Source of the DNA: Octopus vulgaris
Lineage: Eukaryota
Reading direction: 5' to 3'
NCBI GenBank assembly: GCA_951406725.2
Contig: OX597815.1
Coordinates: 169,322,001 to 169,386,000 of the forward strand
Length of the DNA: 64,000 bases
How positions within the stretch are numbered: the stretch's first letter is position 1; every line of letters begins with the position of its first letter. A model generated the notes under the pieces. That model was not told the DNA's origin. It was given only the letters and a program-made list of their open reading frames with translations, and ran no database searches. The position numbers and the translations under genes were made by a program. Of this stretch, positions 51,046-63,900 are shown in pieces.

Positions 51046-51334
51046 GTATAGGTACAGGATGTCACCAACAGTAAACATCATGAAATACAAAAACAAATGA
51101 GTTAAACATGCAAATAACGAGAGAAAAGGAGGACGAGTAATACAAAGAATGACCCTTCATCAGCTGTCGGCTGTGTATCTACTCACCATTTCAAGCAGGG
51201 AAGTAGATAGACAGCCGACAACTGATGAAAGGTCATTCTTTGTATTACTTGCCCTTTTTTTCTCTTGTTATTTGTATATTTAACTCATTTGTTTTCGTAT
51301 TTCATGTTGTTTACTGTTGGTGATGTCCTGTATC

Positions 51335-51339
<5 letters not shown>
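51046..51339. repeat. Long foldback (~135-bp arms, ~17-nt loop) between microsatellites
   Basis: GTACAGGATGTCACCAACAGTAAAC...CTTCATCAGCTGTCGGCTGT is mirrored by ACAGCCGACAACTGATGAA...GTTTACTGTTGGTGATGTCCTGTA. Confidence 0.9.
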
Positions 51340-51368
<29 letters not shown>

Positions 51369-52485
51369 CGTATATATATATATATATACGTGTGTGTGCG
51401 TGTATATGTATAAGTATATATATGTATATATTTACCCACATATAAGCACACATGTATAGCATATGGAAAATGCAAATCTGAGTTTATCAAATGGAGAGTA
51501 CGAGCCGCTGCCTGTTTACCATATATCTTATATTAGTGTATCGAAGTATATTATTTCACTTGGCCGTAACTCAAAGAGTGTTGCCAATCAATCATTTGAT
51601 GCTTGCTTGACTAATGAGTGCTGTGATTGAATGAAATGTTGACATAAAATACACCAATTAGTATTTGTTTATTTATTGAATATATGCATGCATATAGATA
51701 TATATGTATATTTATATATATATATATACATTTATATTTATAGTATGTATTGTTATGCATATATGTATGTGTATTTCCATATCTTTGAGTACGTATGTAT
51801 GTATATATGTATATATTTATATGTGAACGTTTATGTGTTTATAAATGTTTATGAGATTGTGATATAAATATTTATATTTATATATATTTATTTGTAGTGA
51901 ATATACACATATACAAAAAAATAAATGTGCATGATGTTTATTTATTTACAAAATTAACACATGCACCACACACAAGCATACGACACTCATACATATATAA
52001 TATTTTTTTGGTTGGAAAATCTTTAAATTTCTTTTGCAAGGAATGCTTTTTCACACAAATCTCAATTTTTGAAAACAACATGGTGATTGTCTTTTTCTGA
52101 GATCACAGAAAAAAAAAATATACCAAAACAAAACAGAACAAATAGCTGCTTGAGCCAATGGAAATTATTTATCCATTCTTCCATTTTTCTTCGGCTTCAT
52201 TTTTCTCTTTCTTTTGTCTGTGTAAAGGTATGTGGTCAAAATACTTTGGAGAGAGAGAAAAAAAAAGAAAAAAAAAATTTTTGAGACAATCCTTGGTCCA
52301 GCTGTTGTGATTAGCACCATGGTAGTGCCAGTATATTTTGGTAATAGGAGCGATAGAACAATTTAAAAAAATAAGGGACCACAAGGATATATTTTTTGAG
52401 TTGTTTTGTTCTGACTATCAATGAAGAATTTTTAGTTGATTCAAGCATTGCAGTCAGTCTTTTGCTTCCTTTGTGTTTCTGTCTA

Positions 52486-52608
52486 TCAAAGAACTTCATC
52501 GAATTCCATGGAGCCTTTACTGAAAGGTGAAACTGGAGGTGTCTCTCCAAGTTTCATAATCATTATTCCAGAATCAGAACCAGAGGAGTCATGGCGGTCT
52601 TTATTATC
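52486..52608 (-). CDS. Probable terminal coding exon of an unidentified minus-strand gene (DNKDRHDSSGSDSGIMIMKLGETPPVSPFSKGSMEFDEVL*)
   Basis: Strong acceptor tttttttttctctttctatcag, 40 open codons, tandem stops TGA TAG, then non-repetitive UTR-like sequence; minus-strand AATAAA motifs near 48770-48805. Confidence 0.5.
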   Translation of the reverse strand, partial: DNKDRHDSSGSDSGIMIMKLGETPPVSPFSKGSMEFDEVL

Positions 52609-53754
52609 CTGATAGAAAGAGAAAAAAAAAAAATTTATAAAAATAGCAGTTTAGAAATCAAATCATGATTTTGATACGATTTTAACACATTTTCAATTAT
52701 ATTAAAGAAGCTTTAAAAATATAAGTTGTTTTGGTATATACTTGCATATATTTTGATCATCAAATTATATTGTAAAACACTATGGATTACAGAATATGTT
52801 ATATACTGCATGATAATATGTATAATGTTAAATACATTCTAATATTATTATTTAATGATTATTAAGGTGGTGAGTTCAAATTCCACCGAGGTCAGCTTTG
52901 CCTTTCATCCTTTCAGGGATTGATAAAATAAGTACCAGTTGTGTACTGGGGTTGATGTAATCAACTGGTCCTCTCCCTGAAAATTTTAGGCCTTGTGCCT
53001 TTAGTAGAAATGATTATTTAATGAATATGAGGCAATGAGCTGGCAGAATTGTTAGCATGCTTGATGAAATGCTTAGCAGTATTTTGCCTGTTGCTACGTT
53101 ACGAGTTCAAATTCTGCCGAGGTTGACTCTCCTTTTCATCCTTTGAGGGTCGATAAATTAAGTACCAGTGAAACACTGGGGTTTATGTAATTGTCTAGTC
53201 CCCTTCCTCCAAATTTCAGGTCTTGTGCCTTAGTAGAAAGGATTACTTAATGATAATGTGTTACATAATACTATAATAGTGAATAGCGAGATATATATTG
53301 TATGATATTAGGCTAAATGACTTGATGTACTCCATCTTTTTAATCAATGCTTACTTTATTTATCACCCTAGATTTTTAGAATGTTTTGTTTGTAATAAAG
53401 ATAAATTATAAATGCCAAAATATGGTGTATAAATATATTAAAAAATTTATATATCATACATTGCAGTGTGATATACGGAAAATGATAATGATTGACATTA
53501 AACTTAACTAAAATATATTAATTTGTTTTAATTACTCTTAAAGCTATTTTCTACAGAAAAGATTAAAGTTGATGGAATCAAGGTTAATTTATAACTCATA
53601 CTTTTTTCATAGACATTGAAAGGCATAAGAAATATAAAAGACTAAATACTACAAGAAACTATCACTTTACCATTGCTACAAACTTAATGAACCTTATGTG
53701 AATTATATGTATCACAATGAATTATTACTTTAATATATATATATATATATATAT

Positions 53755-54125
53755 TAATAATAGGGAGTATAACTCCAAACTTACAGGGAAAAATTCAATT
53801 TAGTATTAAATCAAATTTCACAATATAAATATATAAAATATAAATTAGAGATAAAACTACTATTATGCAACTCAAACAGTGACAGACATAAACCAAAACA
53901 TAAATAACGAATAAAATACATTTTTATAAAACATATAACTAGATCTCATGAAGTATAAAAATGAATGACCAATATATAATAAGTATAAAAACTATGTACG
54001 TTTCATGGCTACAAATAAATTTGATTGTAGCCATGGAGCGTACGTAGTTTTTATACTTATTATATATTGATCATTCATTTTTATACTTTTTGAGTTGCAT
54101 AATAGTGGTTTTATCTCTAATTTAT
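53755..54125. repeat. AT-rich foldback element inserted in (TA)n
   Basis: Inner arms 53951-54014 / 54025-54088; outer arms 53840-53876 / 54089-54125. Confidence 0.9.
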
Positions 54126-54537
54126 ATTATATATATGTATGTATGTGTGTGTTATATTGTAGAATAATGCATACACATGAATTTATACAGTAGTAGTAAT
54201 ACACTGCACAAAGATGATTTTAAAATTAATATTAGATTTTACAATAACATATGGTTGAATGATGTATTACATAATTAGCATGCTAAATAGGAAGTATATC
54301 TTATAGTGTATTGTGTAGCATAACATTATGAGATACCACATGACAATATTCCACAACATGTCTGCATCATAGCACACTACATCAAATGAAACTGAATCAT
54401 GTAACATTTGTATTAGCAATGAGATAAAAAGCATTTGATGGTGGTTAAAGTAGATTAAAATGAATGAAATGACAATGAAAATTGTTTTAGATATGATATA
54501 ATGATATGCACAAATACATTACATGTGAACGTATGTA

Positions 54538-54590
<53 letters not shown>

Positions 54591-54593
<3 letters not shown>

Positions 54594-54870
54594 AGGGAAT
54601 ATTTTTCCTAACTTATAGGGAAAAATTCAATTTAGAAATACTAAATTAAATTTCACAAAATATAATATATATATATTAAAATGAGAAAAAACCCACCTTT
54701 TATCAATTCAAAATGAACAATTAAATTACACCACTAGAAAATTACATATAACAGAAATATTAAATATAAAATAACAAATAACATACCGATGATTAAGTAA
54801 TGTGCAAAATAATAAATAAAACATATATTTGTTCATTTTGAATTGATAAAAGGTAGTTTTTTCTAATTTA
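54591..54870. repeat. Related foldback element in (TA)n
   Basis: Shares AACTTAYAGGGAAAAATTCAATTTAG with the 53755 element; arms ~54686-54720 / ~54829-54862. Confidence 0.8.
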
Positions 54871-55611
54871 TATATATATATTATCTGAAATGTACAGTAT
54901 TAAATATCCATCATGGATGGTCTTACCAATCGGTTTCATGTAAAGAATACAATGGGGTGTTAGATAACAAACCAATTATAAAACTTTACACTTATCAGAG
55001 TTAGCTGATATGGAAGGGAATATGGTGACTGCCTATACATTTAGGATATTATAACCACTCTACTGACAGATATACGAGTGCATCTTTTCCCTGACCTATG
55101 GTCTCTGATGTACCTGAAGCTCATGAAGACAAATACTACATATTTTAGCACTTAAGTATTTGTTGACTTTATAGATGAACCACTCTAAAAATCTTTTTTC
55201 ATATAGCCTGTTACATATGGCAGTTGCATGAAGTTTGTGATGAACTACCAATGATACATGTGGCAGTTAATGTGTTAATTTTCATCTCCATCTTTTTCAT
55301 GCAATAATCCAGCTTTGGCTAGTTTTACTATTCATCTTCCCAGAATTAATAAAACCATATTTTCCTCCATACAAATCAGATTTTTCAGATCAAAATTTAC
55401 AACCCCAAAAAGCCAAGTCAACTTCATATATCAAGATGGTATTGGAAGAAAGAAAGTTCCATATGAAATGCAGAAAGATTAGGAAAGATAGTGACTAGGT
55501 TTGAATGTATATAATAAATGTTTATACTATATACTACATTGACTTCTATGACAGAAAATATAGTATATGGAACATCTTAATTTGATATAATCACTTTTCC
55601 TGCTTAGTTAA

Positions 55612-56185
55612 CCCTTTAGCATTCAGATTATTCTGTCAAATGTACTCTTTTACTTGTTTCAGTCATTTGACTGCAGCCATGCTGGAGCACCACCTTTAGT
55701 TGAGCAAATCAACTCCAGGACTTATTCTTTGGAAGCCTAGTACTTATTCTATCGGTCTCTTTTGCTGAACTGCTAAGTGACGGGGGATGTAAACATTAGT
55801 TGTCAAGCGATGTTGGGGGACAAACACACACACACACACACACATATACATATATACGATGGGCTTCATTCAGTTTCTGTCTAACAAATCCACTCACAAG
55901 GCCCGAAGCTATAGTAGAAGACACTTGTCCAAGGTGCCACACAGTGGGACTGAACCCGGAACCATGTGGTTGGTAAGCAAGCTACTTACCACACAGCCAC
56001 TCCTAATGCTTATTTATTCACATTTTTTGAATTAATCATGTAATATCTTGCAGCTTTGAGATTTTGATGATGTTTAGTTTTAGAATGACATAGTAAGGTA
56101 AGGTATAAGAGGCTGGATCTGACTGGTTTGGACATAAAACAGTGGAATGTTTTGGATGGATATAATCAGTTTAAATGCTTAAGGG
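55612..56185. mobile_element. piggyBac-type MITE family 2 with nested SINE; other copies ~22880-23098, 24107-24330, 27258-27482, 57240-57948
   Basis: TTAA|CCCTTTAGCATT ... AATGCTTAAGGG|TTAA; shared internal GAGAGGCCAGATCTGGCCAGTTTGAACATAAAAC. Confidence 0.8.
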
Positions 56186-58301
56186 TTAAACAAATGAACT
56201 TTTGGATATTTGTATTTTATGACTAGAAAGTTTTAAATTCTTTTGAATTTAGTTAAATTTCAATCCTGTTATTTAGTTAGTTTCCTCCATTTATGCTGAA
56301 CAAATTTCCCTGGAATGTTGTGACAAATCTTCAGATTGCAGGGATTAATCTGATACGGGATTTAGTTGTTGTGTAATTAAGCATCTAATACAGAAAATTC
56401 TTTACAGAATCCTGTTTGCCTTGCATGATAATTGATTAAATGTATTTCAGCACTTTATAGAATATTCACCATGAGGTATTGGTTAAATTGGAAATAATAC
56501 CATAGTTCTCTCCCACCTAGGCATTAGACATATGAACAATACACAAAGAACAAATGATTATTCATGTTTTTAACTGGCCTTTATGATAGGTAGTTGAGAC
56601 TAACGAAGCAGCAGAACATCAAAACTAAATTGTTTTACAGTATTTAATTTTCATCTCCATTTTTTTCATGTTCTAATTCAGCTATACTCTCTTACTCTTT
56701 TACTGGTTTCATTCATTTGACTGCAGCCATGCTGAAGCACTACCTTTAATCAAACAAATCGACTCCAGGACTTATTCTTTGTAAGCCTAGTACTTATTCT
56801 ATCGGTCTCTTTTGCTGAACCGCTAAGTGATGGGAACGTAAACACACCAGTATCGGTTGTCAAGCGATGTTGGGGGACAAACACAGACACATAAACATAT
56901 ACACAAACATACATATATATACATATATACAACGGGCTTCTTTCAGTTTTCATCTACCAAATCCACTCACAAGGCTTTGGTTGGCCCAAGGCTATAGAAG
57001 ACACTTGCCCAAGGTGCCATGCAGTGGGACTGAACCCGGAACCATGTGGTTGGTAAGCAAGCTACTTACCACACAGTCACTCCTGTGCCTATGGCCAATT
57101 TTAATAAATACCATATTTTCTAGCACACAAATCAAACTTTTCAGAAGAAAATTCACAACCAAAAAAGGCAAGACAATTTATACACCAGGATGATATTGGA
57201 TTAGGAAAGACTGACACTGTTTAAATGTTTACACTACATTTACACCTTCAGCATTTGGTTTACTCTGTCAAATATAATATTTATTTATTCATATTGTTTT
57301 AATCAATCATGCATCAATCATGGACCTGTGTTGGTGGCACATAAAAAAACACTATCCGAGCGTGGCCGTTCGCCAGCCTCGTCTGGCACCTGTGTTGGTG
57401 GCACATAAAATCACCCACTACACTCTCGGAGTGGTTGGCGTTAGGAAGGGCATCCAGCTGTAGAAACACTGCCAGATCTGACTGGCCTGGTGCAGCCTTC
57501 GGGCTCCCCAGACCCCAGTTGAACCGTCCAACCGATGCTAGCATGGAAAGCGGACGTTAAACGATGATGATGATGATGATGATGATGCATTATCTTCCAT
57601 CTTTGAAATTTCAATGGTATGATTGTTTACTTTTGGAATGACATTATAGTGTGAGGGACCAGATCTGATCAGTTTGAACATAAAATGGGTTGAATATTTT
57701 GGCTGGACATGGCTGGTTTAACCCTTTCGTTACTGTATTTATTTTGAGATGCTCTGTGTTTCTTTCAATTATTTTAAATATAACAAAGAATTTAGTAAAA
57801 TAACTTAGTCCTCATTCAGCTAGTGTTAGGGACATAAATTGTGACTAATGTTTGGTGGAAGATTTTAATTCAAAACTTATGAAAACAAGACATTTGTACT
57901 ACAGAACCAGCTGGGTTGGTAACGAAAGGGTTAAATGCTAAATGGTTAAAATAAGAAATAAATGATTAAGATGTTTGACTATGACTAATCAGTAACTCTC
58001 AAAATACCATAAATGTAAAGCAGATTTCATTTTTTGATAAAGATTTTGTTTCACTTACCCACTCAACCATAAATTAAGAGTTATTTTAACTTTCTTTTAT
58101 TTTTGGTAATACGACAAAAATTTGTGATCATAAATGTTGCAAATGCCATTAATACTGATTTAAAAACAAAATACTTGGAACTGTGTTATGTATAGACTAC
58201 GTGTATGGGAACACTTCATTTTAATTCCTTTCAAAGCTAGTCAGTAAAATGATTTTGATATGAGTTAGTTGTGGTGCACCTGAGCACTGTATACAATAAT
58301 T

Positions 58302-58343
<42 letters not shown>

Positions 58344-58774
58344 GCTTCATAAAAGGAGGACCAGATAACATCATCTGCTACTGCATTTTTTGAAGGGATA
58401 AGATTCTTCATATTCTGTTGTCACAAATTTATTGATTTTTAGTTAGTTCATACTGATACACTCAGGAGAAATTAAGTCCAGATGCTTCCAGATGTCAAGA
58501 TGGTTAGGATAGCAGAAATATGAAGGCAGTGAAATTATAATGACTTAAGAACGGAATTTGTTTTGTTCTTGTGAATGTTTCTCAGATTAAGACAGTATTA
58601 TTTTATTTTGGCTATGACTTGGAATGAGACACAAACAAATGAGGGCCTGTCAGCCAGTGTATGTAGGGAAATATTTATACATACATATATACATATATAT
58701 ATTTACACATACACATATATGATATATTCTTATCTGTGAGTGTGCACACACACACGTGTGTGTATATATATGTA

Positions 58775-59269
58775 TGAGAGTAAGTCAAAAAGTAATGCCA
58801 TTTTGTTTAGGACAGGTATAATTACCAACACAGAAACATGTATCATACATCGAAATGAAGCTGGTCCTCTGTAGACCACATCCTTACTTCTCAACATAGT
58901 CACCGTTTCTCTCAATAGCAATGTTCTACCTTCAAATGAGAGCATATATCCTGCCCCATAAAATTCTGTTGACTGTTCTTTGAACCACTTCTTCACTACA
59001 GTTTTCACTTCCTTGTCATTGGAATAATGTTTGCCTCTCAAGCCCTCTTTCATGGGGCCGAAGAGATGATACACCAGTGATGAAGAAGTGAAAACTGTAA
59101 TGAAGAAGTGTCTCAAAGAACAGTCAACAGAATTTTATGGAGCCGCGATATATGCTCTCATTCGAAGGTGAAACATTACTATTGAGAGAAATGGTGACTA
59201 TGTTGAGAAGTAGGGATGTAATCCATTGGTAATTATATCAAAATGTCATTACTTTTTGACTCATCCTCG
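58775..59269. mobile_element. Mariner-derived MITE formed from two opposed 3' ends
   Basis: TIRs TGAGAGTAAGTCAAAAAGTAATG / CATTACTTTTTGACTCATCCTCG, TA flanks; YHLFGPMKEGLRGKHY...EVKTVVKKWF...EFY on the minus strand with a mirror copy on the plus strand. Confidence 0.8.
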
Positions 59270-60548
59270 TATATAGATATCTTAGTCATTATCATTGTTA
59301 TCATAATCATCATCATCATAGTCAACATTATCATATCTATAATGGCATGAGTTTGACTGGTCATCACAGTTCAAGTCAGTTCTTGTACAATATTATCTCC
59401 CCCTTGATGGATTGGGGTCTACCACTCACTTATATTTAGCATAGCGTCTATAGCGGTATGATCATCCTATCATCATCTAACTTAATGAGGGTACATGCTG
59501 CATTTTATCATTGCACCAACATTAGAAAAGCTACCTTGTCCTTGACAAGACTAAAGATGTTTTTCTATTCTATGTTGTATGTGGTCCTTCATTCACCGGC
59601 ACCAGCGAAACCGTCTCACTCCCAGCACAACTAAACAGAAACCCTTCTACTCTGTATTGTCTCAGTTTGTATGTTACTTCATTTTCTGTATAACTTGTAT
59701 AACCAAAATGACAGGGTGATAGAAGAAAAGGTAACCAAAAAGAACCAGAGAGATAAAAAGAAGAGGCTGACAAACAGGGGTAAGAAAATTGAGTTAAAAT
59801 TATATTTCCTAGAGATTGGTAGAAGAGAGAGAGTAATGAAAAAGAACCACAGCGAGACAGAAATAGAGAGGAGAAAATGAATTATAATACAACTAGATTA
59901 TGGTGTAGTAGGTGGTAAGTGGATTGAATAGAAATAGCATGAGTAGCGTGATGAGGTAATGAAAGAAGAATGTTTGTATGTATGCATGCATGTGTGTGTG
60001 AGCGAGAGAGAGGGTGGGGAGATAAAATGATGGATACTAACAATATTTCATAGAGGAGGAAGTAATGTAAAAGAGAGTGAGAGTGCTGGATTACAATAAA
60101 GAAGCAGGTGACAAGGAACCTCATTACATTAGTGGCATGTATGGGAGAAACAAAATGACAGTATGGAGTTCCCTCACCATTTCCATCATCATTACTATTT
60201 CATGTCCACTTTATCATGCTGGCATGGATTGGGTAGATTTTCTCCTGTACAATATTTTGTCATTTGTTGCAGTCCTTTGTTATCTCCTTCATGATCTTCA
60301 GACACATCAGATCAGTTTTCAGCATTTTGTTATATGTCTTCCTTGGTCTTCCAAAGGATCCATTCACTTGAGGTGCTCAGCATTTCTTTGTACAGCTGAC
60401 ATTGGCATTGTACTGGTGTTGTCTTCCTTAAATCACACTACATCTGATTACTCTTATATTTTGTTATTCTCACCTCATTTCAGCTTCATTACAAAATATG
60501 TGTGTGTGTGTGCGTGTGCACGCACTTATGTGTGTGTATAGGGCTTAC

Positions 60549-60748
60549 TGCCAATGATTTCAAAGTGTGATATAACCAACATCTGTGCTCCTTTTGGTTT
60601 AGAGATAGGATTGACTCCACTTCTCTTCCCTATTATATTTGGAAGCTTAGAGACTAACAGAATGCAACCTGGAAAATTAATGATAGGCTCCATATACTTC
60701 AGTGGGTTGTTGGATTGTAGGCTAATTCTCTTTGAGAAACTGTATGTC
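60549..60748 (-). CDS. Possible internal exon of a minus-strand transcript
   Basis: Acceptor gtatgctgtttcag, donor GCA|GTAAGC, one open frame. No recognisable homology, and its phase does not join directly to 52608. Confidence 0.2.
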
Positions 60749-61177
60749 CTGAAACAGCATACAATATCTATCAACAGAAAATCCAAAGTGATCTCTATTT
60801 GCAGTTACAGATGAGCCTTTGTCTTGAGATAATTTCAACTAATTCAAAAAATAATTTTAGAGAAAATTTTATTAGTAAGGGAGTTAAAAATATCACACAT
60901 GTCCAAGTTACTTCCCTTATGTTTTAGAAACTCTCCAATATCTAATAATTCATTGCAGTAATTTATGCAGCACTCTGCAACAATTTTCATCATGTTATCC
61001 AATAGGAAACTAGCTTGCTAATAAGAAACCATTACAGATATCCAATCAATTAGATAATTCCTTTCATGACTTTCATGTCTAGGTAATGACTTTGTAAGTC
61101 ATTAAAATGTTACCTACAAATATATACTCTATATCATGTTTTGAGTTCTCTTTTCTGCTGTTTCCACACATGCACAC

Positions 61178-61221
<44 letters not shown>

Positions 61222-61223
<2 letters not shown>

Positions 61224-61404
61224 GAAAAAAAGAAAAATAATGACTTCACTGGTAGTTCTAATCAGTGTAATTCGTTATTTCAAAAACATTTTTGATAATA
61301 TAAATTAAAAAATAATGAATTAAACTGATTAGAACTACCAGTGAAGTCATTCTTTTTCTTTTCTCATATATACCCAACTATACCAAGGATCTCATGCATT
61401 TTCC

Positions 61405-61438
<34 letters not shown>

Positions 61439-61497
61439 CATATATATGTATGTATGCAAAAATATATATGTATGCATATATATGTATGTATATATCT

Positions 61498-61580
<83 letters not shown>

Positions 61581-61660
61581 TGTATGTATGTATATATATA
61601 TATATTGGAAAATGTGTGAAACCCTTGGTATATTTGGAAAAAGAGAAAAAGAATCAGTCA
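61222..61660. repeat. Double foldback around microsatellite
   Basis: AATGACTTCACTGGTAGTTCTAATCAGT / ACTGATTAGAACTACCAGTGAAGTCATT; second pair ATACCAAGG..CATTTTCCAATA / TATTGGAAAATG..CCTTGGTAT flanking (TA/TATG)n. Confidence 0.85.
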
Positions 61661-61685
61661 TTTTTTCTCTTTATCAAATACATAC

Positions 61686-61737
<52 letters not shown>

Positions 61738-62158
61738 GTGTGTGTGTGTTTGTGGTATGTGTGTGCGTGTGTATATAATCTCTCTCTCCCTCTCTCTCTC
61801 TCACACACGCACAAGTATGTGAAGGCACATGGCCAAGTGGATAGGTGTGAGATTGTGGTTTCGATCTACAGATCGGCTGTGTGCTGTGTTCTTGAGCAAA
61901 AGACCTCATTTCATGTTGCTCCTGTCCACTCAGCTGTAAATGAGTTGGAGTAGTAATGGACTGACATTCCAATCAAGAGGAATGTTGGTCTACTTGCCAA
62001 GCCGGTAGGATGGCATCATTCAAAAGCTAAAAATGATGCCAAAGCGCATTGTGACCAGCAGTGTATAACAATATCTGATAGCCTGATCACATGATTACGT
62101 ATTATATACATACAAACATACATACATACATGCATGCATACATACATACATACATACA

Positions 62159-62194
<36 letters not shown>

Positions 62195-62454
62195 CATTCA
62201 TTTATGCATGCATACACACATAGATACATACATACACACATGCATGTATGCAAGCATGCATACATACATACATATTTGTATACAAGGTGCAGGAGTAGCT
62301 GTGTGGTAAGTAGCTTGCTTACCAACCACATGGTCATGGGTTCAGTCCCAGTGCGTGGCACCTTGGGCAAGTGTCTTCTACTATAGCCTCGAGCTGACCA
62401 AAGCCTTATGAGTGGATTTGGTAGACGGAAGCCGGAAGAAGACCGTCGTATATG

Positions 62455-62485
<31 letters not shown>

Positions 62486-62989
62486 CTGTGTTTGTCCCCC
62501 CCAACATTGCTTGACAACTGATGCTGGTGTGTTTATTTCCCCGTAACTTAGTGGTTCAGCAAAAGCGACCGATAGAATAAGTACTAGGCTTACAAAGAAT
62601 AAGCTCTGGGGGTCGATTTGCTCGAGTAAATGTGGTGCTCCAGCATGGCCACAGTCGAATGACTGAAACAAGTAAAAGAATAAAAAGAATAGAAAGAATG
62701 CATATATATGTATGTTCTCCTGCTTATCCAATTATCTGTCAGGCAATAGAAATCTAAATTTATGCTTTCCTGTTGCTCCTTTAGTTATATTTAATTTGTA
62801 TTTTTATTTCTTGTGGAAGATACACTTTTCTTGGTTTCAATCAGAAAGAAGAAATTACCATGTAGCTTTTGAGCTTTGCTTCTCACCTATTTTTATGTAT
62901 TGCTGTTACCAGTAATCAGGCCCAATCCTATGATATCTTTTCTGTTTTCCATTTAATGCATTATGCAACATATTATCTATGTGCTATCC

Positions 62990-63350
62990 TCTTGCATTCA
63001 GTGCTTCAATCCTGATGATATCTTATAGTAAGGGTTTTATGATTTTTCATTCTTTTTATTACCTCTTCCATTTCTTTTTTGTCATTTCTGCATGAGTATT
63101 CACATGAGATAGCCATCTGGGATTTTTGATATTTCTTCTGTGTTATATGGATGTTAAGTGTTAAGATGTTTAGAATAATTTTACCATAACTGAAAATCTT
63201 CAGCTGTGTTTGTATGTATATTATCTTCTTCATCTTTGATGACACTATGTTTCTCTTCTGCTTTGTCTCTCCATTTCATTGCCTGACATAAAAAGGCTTT
63301 GGCTATAACCGAATATAAGCCAGCTTCGAGCAGTTCTATTTCATCATGTA
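62990..63350 (-). mobile_element. Degenerate LINE endonuclease-RT linker fragment
   Basis: VIKDEEDNI...FQLW*NY...EMEEVIKRMKNHK with stops. Confidence 0.45.
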
Positions 63351-63649
63351 GAATTTTTGTTCATTTACATTTTGACTGGAAAGATGATGTCAGTCATAGG
63401 TAAAGATATCCAAAATAGTGCTGAGTAAAAAGGCACTGTAGAACAGTAAAAATTGTATCATTGTCATAGATGGCCAGATGGTAAAGTGATTTACAATGTG
63501 TATTTGGCGTTAGGAAGGGCATCCAGCCGTAGAAACACTGCCAGATCTGACTGGGCCTGACGAAGCCTTCCAGCTTCACAGACCCCAGTTGACCCGTCCA
63601 ACCCATGCTAGCATGGAAAGCGAATGCTAAACGATGATGATGATGATGA

Positions 63650-63900
63650 TAAGTCTGAGATAAGGTTGCCTTCTACTTCCAACAGAATTTTATCATGAGG
63701 GAATTGAAAATCTTGGAGAAATATCTGGTAATTATTGACTTCCTTTCCATAAACATTAGATATGCTGGTGACATAGCCCTAATATTCATGATCTTTGGCA
63801 AATTCAAAATATCTATTAAACAGTTATAGGAACATAGGGTTAGGGTTTCTATGCAGTGTTGTACCCAAAGGCAAAGAAAACATAGAAATACAGTGTTGTA
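63650..63900 (+). mobile_element. Degenerate LINE RT fragment
   Basis: Remnants of QGC.L.P and (L)RYAGDIALI (YADD-like) motifs. Confidence 0.4.

Noticed and set aside
59535-59630. Minus-strand segment with plausible acceptor and donor as an exon linking 60549 to 52608
   Set aside because: All three frames contain stops; invoking readthrough or UAG editing has no support.
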